64,000 bases of DNA from contig JAAVXM010000050.1 in the NCBI GenBank assembly GCA_022790575.1, positions 5,515 through 69,514 on the forward strand, written 5' to 3'. The notes below the pieces were generated by a model. That model had not been told where the DNA came from. It worked only from the letters and a program-made list of their open reading frames with translations, and searched no databases. This stretch comes from Clostridia bacterium (GTDB lineage: Bacteria; Bacillota; Clostridia; TANB77; CAG-508). The first letter of the stretch is position 1. Each line of letters begins with the position of its first letter. The translations under genes and the position numbers were made by a program. This document shows positions 21,094 to 30,881 of this stretch, in pieces.

Positions 21094-23316
21094 TTATCTT
21101 CCCCTTAATTTTCCCTTTAGTTTTTTTGCCACTTTCCATATTTTTGTTCTTCTCATTGTTTCATATCTATGAACAACATGTCCATATAAGGCTCTATATT
21201 GATTGAATTCTTGTTCTTTTGATTTCCTTCTATAGTCCATGAATTGATATACATCTATTACTTCTTTGCTTGTGTCTGCATTTTCATATAATTTATTATA
21301 ATATTCTTGCATTTCTTCAATTGGCTTGAATTCATATTTTTCATAATTATTTTTCTTTTCTCTATACTCTTCACGATTTTTACTTATTTCTTCAATTTTA
21401 TTTAATATATCAGCAGCACTTGAATTTATATCTATAGTCCATCCTAGACCATCTTTTTTTACTCTATCTCCTACTGCACCTATATTAAATGTAATTACTG
21501 GAATTTGCGCCATATAACATTCTGTAAGTGTATATGAGTATGTTTCAGGCCAAGTTGCAAAAATACATACTAAATCTATATCATTTTTTATAAGTAATTG
21601 AGGTAATTCTCCTCTTGTATATTTTCCATGGTTTATATAACTTGAGTGACTTCTTGCAAGTTCTCTATCTTCTGATTTTCCAAATAAATGTATTTTTATA
21701 TTTGATTTTTTGTTTACTTTTATTAATTCTTTTAAAATATTACTTCCTTTATGTATTGCCATTGAACCTACAAATGCTATGTTAAAATACTTTGATATTC
21801 TTGCACTTTCTGATGGTTTTGAAATTATTACTCCATGTTCAACTACTTCTATTGGCAAATCTTTGTATACTTTATCAAATAATTTTTTTGTATTTTCAGA
21901 AGGTACAATTATTTTATCAAATTCTTTTAATACTTGTTTACATCTTGTTTGCCAATTTGTTAATATATTGCTATTTACTCCATATCTTATGTTTAAACAT
22001 TTTGCACAATCTTTTGTTTTATCATATTCACAATATTTATCTTTATATATCATATTTATTGATGGACATATCATATATAAATCATGTAATGTAATTATTG
22101 AAAATATCTTTCTTTTTTTAGCTATCTCTATTGCATCAAATGTTTGGAATAAGAAGTGGTGTACATGTAAAACATCTATACTAAAACTATCAAATATATT
22201 TTGTAGCATTTCTTTATATGAATTATTTGTATATACTATTTGCCCATAATGTTGTATGTCTGTTTTGTAATTTGCAATTTCTTTTGCATATTCATCTGTA
22301 TATAAGTATAACTTAAATCTTGGTAAATCATATTTGTCAGGTGCTATTACAAAACTTGCAATATTGTTTTTCATATTTGATTTTATAATGTCTTTTATAT
22401 GAAGTGATGTTCCCCCTGTCATTTCCATATTTTCTTCCCATTCATTTACTAAATATAATATTCTCTTTTTGCCATATAATTTTATGTTTATATTTATATT
22501 TTCTTGTATATCTCTTATTGGATTATTTGCAATAAAATTATCTGTTTTTTGTACATATATTGGGTGTTTTTTTCTTAAAAATCCCATATGTTCTTCTATT
22601 AATGCAGCTCTTGTGGCAGTCATGTTTTCTTTTTTAAAACTTTGTGTTCCTTTATGATATATAAATGTGTTATCACATAATACATTTATATATCCATGGT
22701 CTAATGCTCTGTAGCAAAAATCATTTTCTTCTCCATATCCTTTACCAAATGTTTCTGCATCAAATATACCTAATTCTTTTATTACCTCTCTTTTTATATA
22801 CATACAAAATCCATTTCCTGTTGTTAATTGAGGATATCTGTTTTTTGAACTTTTTTCTATCATTTCTGCATATTCTTCTAATGTCATGTTTTTTGGTAAT
22901 TCATTATCTATTCCAAAATTTGGCACAGAACAAATTGTCCCATTATTTGTAAGTGGTGTAACTGTTGCTATATACTTGTTTGAATAAGCACATTTTTGGA
23001 TTTTCTCTACCCAATTTTTTGTTACTTCTGTATCACTATTTAATAAAATAACATCATTTTTTGAATATGACATTCCTTTATTTACTGTTCCTACAAATCC
23101 TAAATTTTCTTCATTATCTAATACTTCTATATTTTTGTCTGTATTTTCTTCTTGATATTTTTTTAACATTGGAAATATTTTTTCATCTGGACTTTTATCA
23201 TTTATCAAAATTAATGTATGTTTATTTAAATCTGTGTTTCTAATTACACTTTTTATACATTCTTCTGTGAATTCGTATGCATTATATACTGGTACAATTA
23301 TATCAACACTTTTCAT
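21094..23316 (-). CDS. Bifunctional glycosyltransferase (N-terminal GT2, C-terminal GT4/GT1-type domain)
   Basis: N-terminus VDIIVPVYNAYEFTEECIKSVIRNTD..ILINDKSPD..LLNSDTEV. The C-terminal half has a GT-B pattern (ILYLVNEW..GGTSLHIKD; VGSMAIHKG...GKSED; PETYSYTLTE). Confidence 0.8.
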   Translation of the reverse strand: MKSVDIIVPVYNAYEFTEECIKSVIRNTDLNKHTLILINDKSPDEKIFPMLKKYQEENTDKNIEVLDNEENLGFVGTVNKGMSYSKNDVILLNSDTEVTKNWVEKIQKCAYSNKYIATVTPLTNNGTICSVPNFGIDNELPKNMTLEEYAEMIEKSSKNRYPQLTTGNGFCMYIKREVIKELGIFDAETFGKGYGEENDFCYRALDHGYINVLCDNTFIYHKGTQSFKKENMTATRAALIEEHMGFLRKKHPIYVQKTDNFIANNPIRDIQENININIKLYGKKRILYLVNEWEENMEMTGGTSLHIKDIIKSNMKNNIASFVIAPDKYDLPRFKLYLYTDEYAKEIANYKTDIQHYGQIVYTNNSYKEMLQNIFDSFSIDVLHVHHFLFQTFDAIEIAKKRKIFSIITLHDLYMICPSINMIYKDKYCEYDKTKDCAKCLNIRYGVNSNILTNWQTRCKQVLKEFDKIIVPSENTKKLFDKVYKDLPIEVVEHGVIISKPSESARISKYFNIAFVGSMAIHKGSNILKELIKVNKKSNIKIHLFGKSEDRELARSHSSYINHGKYTRGELPQLLIKNDIDLVCIFATWPETYSYTLTECYMAQIPVITFNIGAVGDRVKKDGLGWTIDINSSAADILNKIEEISKNREEYREKKNNYEKYEFKPIEEMQEYYNKLYENADTSKEVIDVYQFMDYRRKSKEQEFNQYRALYGHVVHRYETMRRTKIWKVAKKLKGKLRGR

Positions 23317-23330
23317 AATTATTTACTCCT

Positions 23331-25019
23331 TTAAATATTTAGTGATAATCCTGTATTTTTTTTGCTTAAATTTGGACTAAAATATATGTCTCCCTTTTCA
23401 TAATAAGCTTTCCATTTGCTTAATATCTTTTGTTCATCTGTTTTGTCTGCTTGTTCTACTTTTTCAACACATATAGAAACAATTGGGTTTAGTACAACTT
23501 GCTTTTTGTCATCTAATATTTTTAAGCAAGTATCAATACTCACTCCTAGTCCACTCATTTCCTCTGTAAATTGTCCTATTTTTATAAACTCTTCTTTTCT
23601 TATCATTGCATATTTTACATACACACATGATACATTATGTATTATAAGTAATCTCTGCATATATGTACCAATATCTTTTGGCGCACCTTTATACAAGAAA
23701 TCACCTATTCCATTCATTCCTAATATAATCCCACTATGTTCAACTTGTCCTTGCTCATTATATAACTTTGTTCCAACAATTCCAACTTCTTCATCTTGGC
23801 ATATTCCAACTAAATCTTCTATATATGTCTGTTTATCTATGTTTACCAGATTTTTATCTAATATCATAAAATATTCGCCTTCTGCCTCTGCAACAGCTTT
23901 ATTGTAAGCTTTAAATACATTTTCTTCTGGTTTTATTGTTTTTATATCATCTATTTGTTCATTTGATATTACAATTATTTCATAGTTACTATATGTTGTA
24001 AATTTTACCTTTTCTACTAGTTCCTCTATTTTTGGTTTTGCTTCATTTTGTGCATCTATAATTATACTAACTTTTGGGTTTCCTTTTACTTTATATTTAA
24101 CTTCATAGCTTCCTGGAGTTAGTCCATCTGTTACTTCAACTTCTGTATCTAAACTTCTTTTTATATGGTCTTTTATAACTTTTTTTCCTACCTCAAAAGC
24201 ATATGGTTTTGAATCTGAATTTCCTGCTGTTGAGTTTTGATGTACTCTCCAATGATATAATACTTGTGGTATATGAACTATTTTATTTGTTTGCTCAAAT
24301 GCTCTTGATACTATATCAAAATCTTGGCTTCCATCATATTCACTTCTAAATCCTTCAAGTTTGTCCATAAGTTCTTTTTTAAATACACTAAAATGACATA
24401 TATAATTAGCACTTCTTAATGTGTATGGTGATGCATCTGGCTTGAAAAATACTCCATACCTAATTCCATCTGCTTTTTCTAATTTGTCTTCATCTGAATA
24501 TATAAATTCCACATCAGGATTTTCATTTATTGCCTTTGCAACCTCATATAATGAAAATGCAGGCAATAAATCATCATGGTCTAATAACCCTATATAATCT
24601 CCTGTTGCTAATGTTAATGCTTCATTTGTGTTCCCTGAAATCCCTTTATTTTCACCTATATATTTGTATTTAATTCTACTATCTTTTTCGACAAATTCCT
24701 GCATATACTCTATTTTTTCTGGTGAACCATCACCTAAACATAATTCCCAATTAGAGTATGTTTGTTCTTGTAGACTTTTTACTAGTTCTTCAAAAAATTT
24801 TTTTGGTGTATTATATACTGGAACTACAATACTAATTTTAGGTGTAATTTTAAATTTAACTTTCTTTTGTTTTTCTAGTTCTTCCTTATTTGGTTCATTT
24901 TCTCCTATCCACTTTTTATATATTCTTTCTTCTTGTGTATATTTCCCAAAAACTTTTGTATATACTTTCTTAGCCATTTGCCTTCTTTTTGAGTCTTGTG
25001 GTAAAATTTTTTCTAACAT
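23331..25019 (-). CDS. Two-domain family 2 glycosyltransferase
   Basis: First GT2: ISIVVPVYNTPKKFFEELVKSLQEQTYSNWELCLGDGS..LDHDD. A second GT2-like half begins VSIIIDAQNEAKPKIEELVEKV. Confidence 0.8.
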   Translation of the reverse strand: MLEKILPQDSKRRQMAKKVYTKVFGKYTQEERIYKKWIGENEPNKEELEKQKKVKFKITPKISIVVPVYNTPKKFFEELVKSLQEQTYSNWELCLGDGSPEKIEYMQEFVEKDSRIKYKYIGENKGISGNTNEALTLATGDYIGLLDHDDLLPAFSLYEVAKAINENPDVEFIYSDEDKLEKADGIRYGVFFKPDASPYTLRSANYICHFSVFKKELMDKLEGFRSEYDGSQDFDIVSRAFEQTNKIVHIPQVLYHWRVHQNSTAGNSDSKPYAFEVGKKVIKDHIKRSLDTEVEVTDGLTPGSYEVKYKVKGNPKVSIIIDAQNEAKPKIEELVEKVKFTTYSNYEIIVISNEQIDDIKTIKPEENVFKAYNKAVAEAEGEYFMILDKNLVNIDKQTYIEDLVGICQDEEVGIVGTKLYNEQGQVEHSGIILGMNGIGDFLYKGAPKDIGTYMQRLLIIHNVSCVYVKYAMIRKEEFIKIGQFTEEMSGLGVSIDTCLKILDDKKQVVLNPIVSICVEKVEQADKTDEQKILSKWKAYYEKGDIYFSPNLSKKNTGLSLNI

Positions 25020-25020
25020 A

Positions 25021-27687
25021 TTACTTTCTCCCTTTAAAAAATCTTTTTATTTTATTCTTTATTTTACTATTTTCTATTTTTTCATTTTCTAAACTTTTTA
25101 TATATTCGCCTTGTTCCTTATTTACTTTATTTGCATCTTGTAAATATTTCTCAACATTTTCTATATGTGCCTTAAGTTCTTCTCTTTGTTTCTCTAATTG
25201 TTTAATATATTCTTCTTTTTTTATTCCATCTTCTTTGTAATCATTTAATTGTTTCTTTGCAATTGCTACTTCATTTATATCTACTAACTTCTCTAATGAA
25301 TTTTGATTTATCTTCTTCATTTCATCATCTATTATAATATTTTGAATATATTTTTCTATTTTTTCAAATATCTCTAAGTACTCTGTAAGATTGAATTTAT
25401 TTAACATTTCTGTATATTGGAATATTTTATTTATTTCTTGATTATATACATATAAATTATTTATTGCTCTATATAATATGAACTCAATTGGAATCCTTTC
25501 AATATACCATTCTTGGTCAAATAATATAAAATCTCCATTATCTAAAAAGATATTTTCAAATACAATGTCTATATATCCATCTTTTATTATTGTTAAATCA
25601 TTTACTTTTTCTGAGTTGATATTTATATTTTCATTTAGCTCTACAGGTTCATCTTTTATTAACTTGTTTTTTATACATGTATACCATTTATCTATTAATT
25701 CATATGTTCCATCTATATCTTTATTTAATAATTTTTGTGCTAGAATTTTGTCTAATGTGTCTAAATTTATATATTTACAATATATATGATTTTCTCTTTT
25801 TTCATCAATTATATTAAATCCTAGTTTTTTAAGTTCTATACTGTTTCTTTCTATTTTGTTAATATGCTCTTCTGCTTGCTCAGAACATATATCCTTTTCA
25901 ACGTAATCATCATATATTTTTGTCATTAACCTATATTTAGCTTTTCTTATGTTATTAAAACTAACAAATTTGGGTTGGTCTTTTTGTTTATTATTAATTT
26001 CTATAAAATATGAATTAGCAAAATCCTTGAATTTCCCTTCTTTTGTTATTTGTTTTAATGCTCTTAATTCATCAAATACTACTGCACTACCATTTCTATA
26101 GCAGATGTTATACATTAATTTTGTTGTATTTTCATTTGGCATATATTCATCTGAAAATATAACATTACACATTCTGTAATTTGGTAATGGATAATAAAAT
26201 TTGTAATTTTCAAAACCATTTTGTTTTAATTCTTTTTCTATACTACTTTTTGAAAATGTCTTTTTATCATCTTCCATTATTGTTGCATATATATTTCCAT
26301 ATTTAGGTTTTGCTCCTGCAAATGCTGAAATTGAAAATTTATTATCTACTATTAATAATATAATTCCATTTTCTTTTAAATATTTTTTTACATCTTTTAT
26401 ATATTTTAAATCATATAAAATTATATAATCATATTGTTTCTTTTCAAAATTCATTAATCCTGTAGTAATTTCTAATATATCTGAATCTTCTTTAAAATTG
26501 TACCATTTTAATATATTATTTCTAGCTTCTAGATTTTCTTCTATTATAGAAATATCTATTTCATCCATTAAAGCTTTCTCTTCATTTATATTGTCATCAT
26601 TTGTTTCACGGAACATATTAGTTCCCATCTTTTTTAAGTGTTCTATATTGTAATATACAGATTGGTCTATTGGTTTTACTGCTATATAGTTATTGTCTTT
26701 TAACCAATTCTTTAATATCTCTATCATTTCATCTTCAGTTGTTTCATTTTGAATTAAGTCTGGCATCATATTTATAAGTCTCATTTTATAATCTGGTTTG
26801 AATTCATTTTTATGAATTAATGCATGATAAAGTAGTGTATAAAAATAATCTGTTTCATTTAATGTAAAAAATCCTTTTTCATTAAATACTCTATTTTTAA
26901 GAATTCTTTCTTCTAATTCTTTACAATAATAATTGTCTCCTATATGTCTTAAATCAAAATTTGCATATTTATCTTCAACTTTTGTTCTATAATGAATTCT
27001 ATATTCTTCTGGGAAGACTTTTTCAGCATTTAATACATAAATAGCATTTTCATATGAATCACATATTATATCTATGTCATTATGACCATTTACATATATC
27101 TCATCTGGCAGACTCTCATAATTTCTTAATATTGCATAATTCAAGCAATTATTTAATGCATAAAACATATCATTTACTGATTTCCAGTTTTCTGCTCCAA
27201 ATAAATCCTTTTTTATTGATATAATTTCTTCTTCTTTTGTAATTTCTTTTAAATAGTCTTTTAAATTTTTATCTAATAATAATGTTATATCATGGTTAGT
27301 CTCTATTTCATCATTTGTTGCATGTACTTTATGACCACCTCCTGTCATTTGTCTAAACATTTCTTTGCAATCAAACATATTTATATTAACTACTTTTTCA
27401 CCTGTACTTGTATTCCTTTTTTCATATATTGGATTTTCATCATTTACTATTATTAGCAAGAATTTCCCTTTGCCACAATGTTCTGCCTTTTCTTCTGCAT
27501 TTGGCAAATTTGTTCCATAAAACCTTATTATATTTTCTATGAACTTTTCTTGACTCCATTCTATTTCATATACATTTATAATGTCAAACTTCTCTTTTAT
27601 TTCTGCCAATATTTCTTGTTTTTTATATATTGCATTTTCCCATAAAATGAATAAATGTGTTTCTTTCTGTTTCATATTCAACCTCAT
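25021..27687 (-). CDS. Multidomain WbdD-like protein: N-terminal unknown and NTase-like regions, degenerate class I methyltransferase-like segment, kinase-like domain, C-terminal coiled-coil and basic tail; candidate polysaccharide chain terminator/length regulator
   Basis: 888 aa. The likely start is ATG 27675 (MKQKE), which has a GAGG RBS. Motifs: NYAILRNYESLPDEIYVNGHNDIDIICD; ILEITTGLMNF..YDYIILYD..ILLIVDNKFSISAFAGAK; kinase-like GYIDIVFENIFLDNGDFILFDQEWY. Aa ~785-875 are heptad-rich (KQLEKQREELKAHIENVEKYLQD), ending KIKNKIKRFFKGRK. Confidence 0.5.
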   Translation of the reverse strand: MRLNMKQKETHLFILWENAIYKKQEILAEIKEKFDIINVYEIEWSQEKFIENIIRFYGTNLPNAEEKAEHCGKGKFLLIIVNDENPIYEKRNTSTGEKVVNINMFDCKEMFRQMTGGGHKVHATNDEIETNHDITLLLDKNLKDYLKEITKEEEIISIKKDLFGAENWKSVNDMFYALNNCLNYAILRNYESLPDEIYVNGHNDIDIICDSYENAIYVLNAEKVFPEEYRIHYRTKVEDKYANFDLRHIGDNYYCKELEERILKNRVFNEKGFFTLNETDYFYTLLYHALIHKNEFKPDYKMRLINMMPDLIQNETTEDEMIEILKNWLKDNNYIAVKPIDQSVYYNIEHLKKMGTNMFRETNDDNINEEKALMDEIDISIIEENLEARNNILKWYNFKEDSDILEITTGLMNFEKKQYDYIILYDLKYIKDVKKYLKENGIILLIVDNKFSISAFAGAKPKYGNIYATIMEDDKKTFSKSSIEKELKQNGFENYKFYYPLPNYRMCNVIFSDEYMPNENTTKLMYNICYRNGSAVVFDELRALKQITKEGKFKDFANSYFIEINNKQKDQPKFVSFNNIRKAKYRLMTKIYDDYVEKDICSEQAEEHINKIERNSIELKKLGFNIIDEKRENHIYCKYINLDTLDKILAQKLLNKDIDGTYELIDKWYTCIKNKLIKDEPVELNENININSEKVNDLTIIKDGYIDIVFENIFLDNGDFILFDQEWYIERIPIEFILYRAINNLYVYNQEINKIFQYTEMLNKFNLTEYLEIFEKIEKYIQNIIIDDEMKKINQNSLEKLVDINEVAIAKKQLNDYKEDGIKKEEYIKQLEKQREELKAHIENVEKYLQDANKVNKEQGEYIKSLENEKIENSKIKNKIKRFFKGRK

Positions 27688-27734
27688 TCTTTCATAATGA
27701 ATTCACTAATATTAAAATAAATATAAATTTTGTC

Positions 27735-29000
27735 TTATACTTTTTTAAACTCAACTTTTGTATCTGTAGCAAAATATCCAACAACAATCTTTTTTGACAT
27801 AACTTCAAAGAATAATGCATCATAGTTCCTATTTATTGGTACTACTTCTCCATCTACTCCAAATTTGCTACAACTTATCGACAATGTGTATTTACCTGGT
27901 GCTAACATTAGCTTTTGCTTAAATTCACATATGTATTCTTCTCCCTTTTTACAACTGCCTGTGTATAATTTCTGTATATTTGTGTTTGTTCCACATATCT
28001 CTTTTCCTATAAAATCTTTTATTGTAATTGAAAATGTAGGACATTCAATATCTTTCAAAAATCTAGCTTTTAATTTTATAGTAATTTCTTCATCATTATA
28101 CATTGCTGGTACTGGTTCATCCTTTTCATTAAAAATACCATAATCTAAAATTTTCACTTCTCCTGTACCATATACAATCATATTTGGATTTAAGTCAAAG
28201 TTCTTTTTCCATTTACTTTCTTCTTCAACTTCTTGAAATTCTTGTTCTTTACATCTGTCTTTATCTAACATCCCTGTTATTAGTTTTTTGTATTTCTCTA
28301 CACCTTCTTTTACATCTCCATCATATATCTTTTTACCAGAGTTTAAAATAATAACTCTACTACAGTTTTCAAGTACATCTGCAACATTATGTGTTACATA
28401 TAAGATTGTCTTTCCTTTTTCTTTGAATTGTTGGAATTTCTTGAAACATTTTAATTGAAATGCCATATCTCCTACAGATAATACTTCATCAACTATTAAA
28501 ATATCTGGGTCTACATTTATAGCACATGCAAATGCTAGACGTGCAAACATTCCTGATGAATATGTTTTTACTGGTTGATATAAGTGGTCTCCTATATCTG
28601 CAAAATTTATTATATCCTGTTTTGTTGATTCTATTTGCTCATTTGTTAATCCCATTACTTGTCCATGTTGATATATATTTTCTTCTCCTGTTAATTCAGG
28701 ATTAAATGCTGCTCCTAATTCTAATAGTGAACTAATTTTACCATTTACATTTAGTTCACCAGATGTTGGACTTACTACACCTGTTATCATTTTTAGTAAT
28801 GTTGATTTTCCTGCCCCATTTTTTCCAAGTATTCCTAGCACTTCTCCTTTATTAATATTTACATTAAGGTCATCTATAGCACTAAATGTCTCATGATTAT
28901 GAACAAATGGAAATACCGCTTCTACTAATCTTGCTTGTTTATTTTTAAACATCTTATATTCTTTTTTTACATTCTTAATTTCTATTATAGGTTCACTCAT
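27735..29000 (-). CDS. wzt: Polysaccharide ABC transporter ATP-binding protein (Wzt/TagH family) with C-terminal ~150-aa extension (Wzt_C-like glycan-binding domain)
   Basis: Walker A GKNGAGKST, signature YSSGMFARLAF, Walker B ILIVDE. Beta-rich C-terminal extension EVKILDYGIFNEKDEPV...KYTLSISCSKFG. Confidence 0.9.
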   Translation of the reverse strand: MSEPIIEIKNVKKEYKMFKNKQARLVEAVFPFVHNHETFSAIDDLNVNINKGEVLGILGKNGAGKSTLLKMITGVVSPTSGELNVNGKISSLLELGAAFNPELTGEENIYQHGQVMGLTNEQIESTKQDIINFADIGDHLYQPVKTYSSGMFARLAFACAINVDPDILIVDEVLSVGDMAFQLKCFKKFQQFKEKGKTILYVTHNVADVLENCSRVIILNSGKKIYDGDVKEGVEKYKKLITGMLDKDRCKEQEFQEVEEESKWKKNFDLNPNMIVYGTGEVKILDYGIFNEKDEPVPAMYNDEEITIKLKARFLKDIECPTFSITIKDFIGKEICGTNTNIQKLYTGSCKKGEEYICEFKQKLMLAPGKYTLSISCSKFGVDGEVVPINRNYDALFFEVMSKKIVVGYFATDTKVEFKKV

Positions 29001-29032
29001 ATATAATTCTCCTCTTTATGTTTTATATTTTA

Positions 29033-30061
29033 CTATTTAGAACTATGATTTCCTCTCTTCTTTAAAACATATCTAATTCTAAATAGAGGTCTGCCTATTG
29101 CTGGTAAATTCATAATTATAAAGTTCAATATATAATAACTAATTTTTTCTGTTTTATACAATTCATGAAATACATTCCAATTTCTAAAATTAAAGTTTCT
29201 CTTATCTTGTAACATTTTATAATATTCATATGCTTTTTTATTTAAATTTTGTAATTCTTCAGGAAATTTATCATTATATTCAACATATGTTCCAAAAACT
29301 CCTAATTTAACATTTATAAATAGTTCTCTTACTTGGTCTAATTTCTTAAATCCATGAGAAATTTTATTTACTCCTACTTGGTTATTTCCATGTTGCCTAT
29401 ATTTTATATATTTTTCTGGAATATATGCTACCTTTCCATTAATTCCTGCCATTATTCCAATCCAGTGGTCATGTATTAAATATTTTGAGTTTTGTGGTAA
29501 TGGAATAATATTTTTTATCGTTTTACTTCTTGCTAATATTGTACATCCAGTTACACAATTGTATAAATAGTTTAATCTATTACTATTTATATATTTATTA
29601 ATTTTTCTATTTAATAGCATGAAATCTCCAAAAGATTCATACATTGTTTTTAATTCTTGGTCTACTACTTCTAAATCTCCAAAAACCAAGTCCGCATTTT
29701 CACTTTTTAATTTTTCAAATGATTTCTCTACTTTTTCTTTTAGCCATACATCATCTTGGTCTGCTAACATGTAATATTCACTTTGTACTTGTTTAAGTAA
29801 AAACTCTATATTTTTTACTACACCTAAATTATGTGGCTGTATAACTAATTTTATTCTACTATCTTTTTTTTCATATTCTTTTAAAATTTGTGTGGTACTA
29901 TCTTTTGAACAGTCATCTGATATTATTAAACTTATATTTTCATATGATTGTTGCAAAATACTATCTATTTGTTCCTTAAGATATTTTTCACCATTATATG
30001 TAGCTAGTAATATATCTATTTTTTCATTCATTTTAAAAATCATTCCTCTCTTATCATGCAC
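29033..30061 (-). CDS. Family 2 glycosyltransferase (paralog of 30882..31892)
   Basis: IDILLATYNGEKYLKEQIDSILQQSYENISLIISDDCSKD..ADQDDVW. The probable true start is ATG 30031 (MNEKID), by alignment with the paralog N-terminus MEEKVD. Confidence 0.85.
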   Translation of the reverse strand: MHDKRGMIFKMNEKIDILLATYNGEKYLKEQIDSILQQSYENISLIISDDCSKDSTTQILKEYEKKDSRIKLVIQPHNLGVVKNIEFLLKQVQSEYYMLADQDDVWLKEKVEKSFEKLKSENADLVFGDLEVVDQELKTMYESFGDFMLLNRKINKYINSNRLNYLYNCVTGCTILARSKTIKNIIPLPQNSKYLIHDHWIGIMAGINGKVAYIPEKYIKYRQHGNNQVGVNKISHGFKKLDQVRELFINVKLGVFGTYVEYNDKFPEELQNLNKKAYEYYKMLQDKRNFNFRNWNVFHELYKTEKISYYILNFIIMNLPAIGRPLFRIRYVLKKRGNHSSK

Positions 30062-30073
30062 ATAAGGTTTGGA

Positions 30074-30865
30074 TTATAATACATCTGCAAAATCCTTTTT
30101 ATTCTTTTTGAATACATGGTTTCCCCATATAAACATGAATATAGTTATTACCCAAAAGATTATAGTATATATACCATGACCTGCTGTTATGATATTTCCT
30201 CCCATAAATGCTTGCCTAAATGCTGTAACTAGATATGTGAATGGCATACATTGAACAACTTTTAATATTGTGTGGTGTTCTGCTAACATTGATACACTCC
30301 AAACAATAGGTGTTGCCCAGAAAAATAATTGCATTAATATTCCTAATAAATTCGAAAAGTCTGGTACAAGTGTTGTTAATGCTGATGTTAATCTTGTAAA
30401 AGCCACAATAAATGCATATAATGCAACAACCACATATAATATAATTAATACATTTGGTGTATATCCAAATACTGCACATAATATTGTTGCAACTAATATT
30501 AAAAATATTGATACAAAAGCACTTCCTATTATTGAGATTATTGGTATTATATCTACTGGAAATACTACTTTTTTTACCAAATAACTATAATTCCTTATTG
30601 ATGAACTCGCACTCATTATACTATCATTTATACATTGCCATATTGCCATTCCTGGTAAAAACCATACTACATATGGAGAACCTCCATCTCCTTGCATTCC
30701 AAATATAAATTGAAATACTATTACATACATCATCATAAATACAAATGGTTGTAAAAATCCCCATATACTTCCTAAACTTGTACTTGCAAATCTGTTTTTA
30801 AAATCGTTTTTTCCAAGCTTCCATGCAATCTTTTTATTTTTCCATAATATTTTTATAAATTCCAT
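30074..30865 (-). CDS. wzm: Polysaccharide ABC transporter permease (Wzm/TagG, ABC-2 type)
   Basis: 263 aa, 6 TM. N-terminus KLGKNDFKNRFASTSLGSIWGFLQP is typical of ABC-2 polysaccharide exporters. Confidence 0.85.
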   Translation of the reverse strand: MEFIKILWKNKKIAWKLGKNDFKNRFASTSLGSIWGFLQPFVFMMMYVIVFQFIFGMQGDGGSPYVVWFLPGMAIWQCINDSIMSASSSIRNYSYLVKKVVFPVDIIPIISIIGSAFVSIFLILVATILCAVFGYTPNVLIILYVVVALYAFIVAFTRLTSALTTLVPDFSNLLGILMQLFFWATPIVWSVSMLAEHHTILKVVQCMPFTYLVTAFRQAFMGGNIITAGHGIYTIIFWVITIFMFIWGNHVFKKNKKDFADVL

Positions 30866-30881
30866 TGTTTACTTTTCCTTT

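Noticed and set aside
30216-30479. 87-aa alternative-frame minus-strand ORF inside wzm. Also 1610..1867 inside asnS, 53967..54170 inside adhE and 62077..62259 inside the HexNAc-1-P transferase gene.
   Set aside because: They are nested within or antisense to well-supported genes, and have no independent signals.
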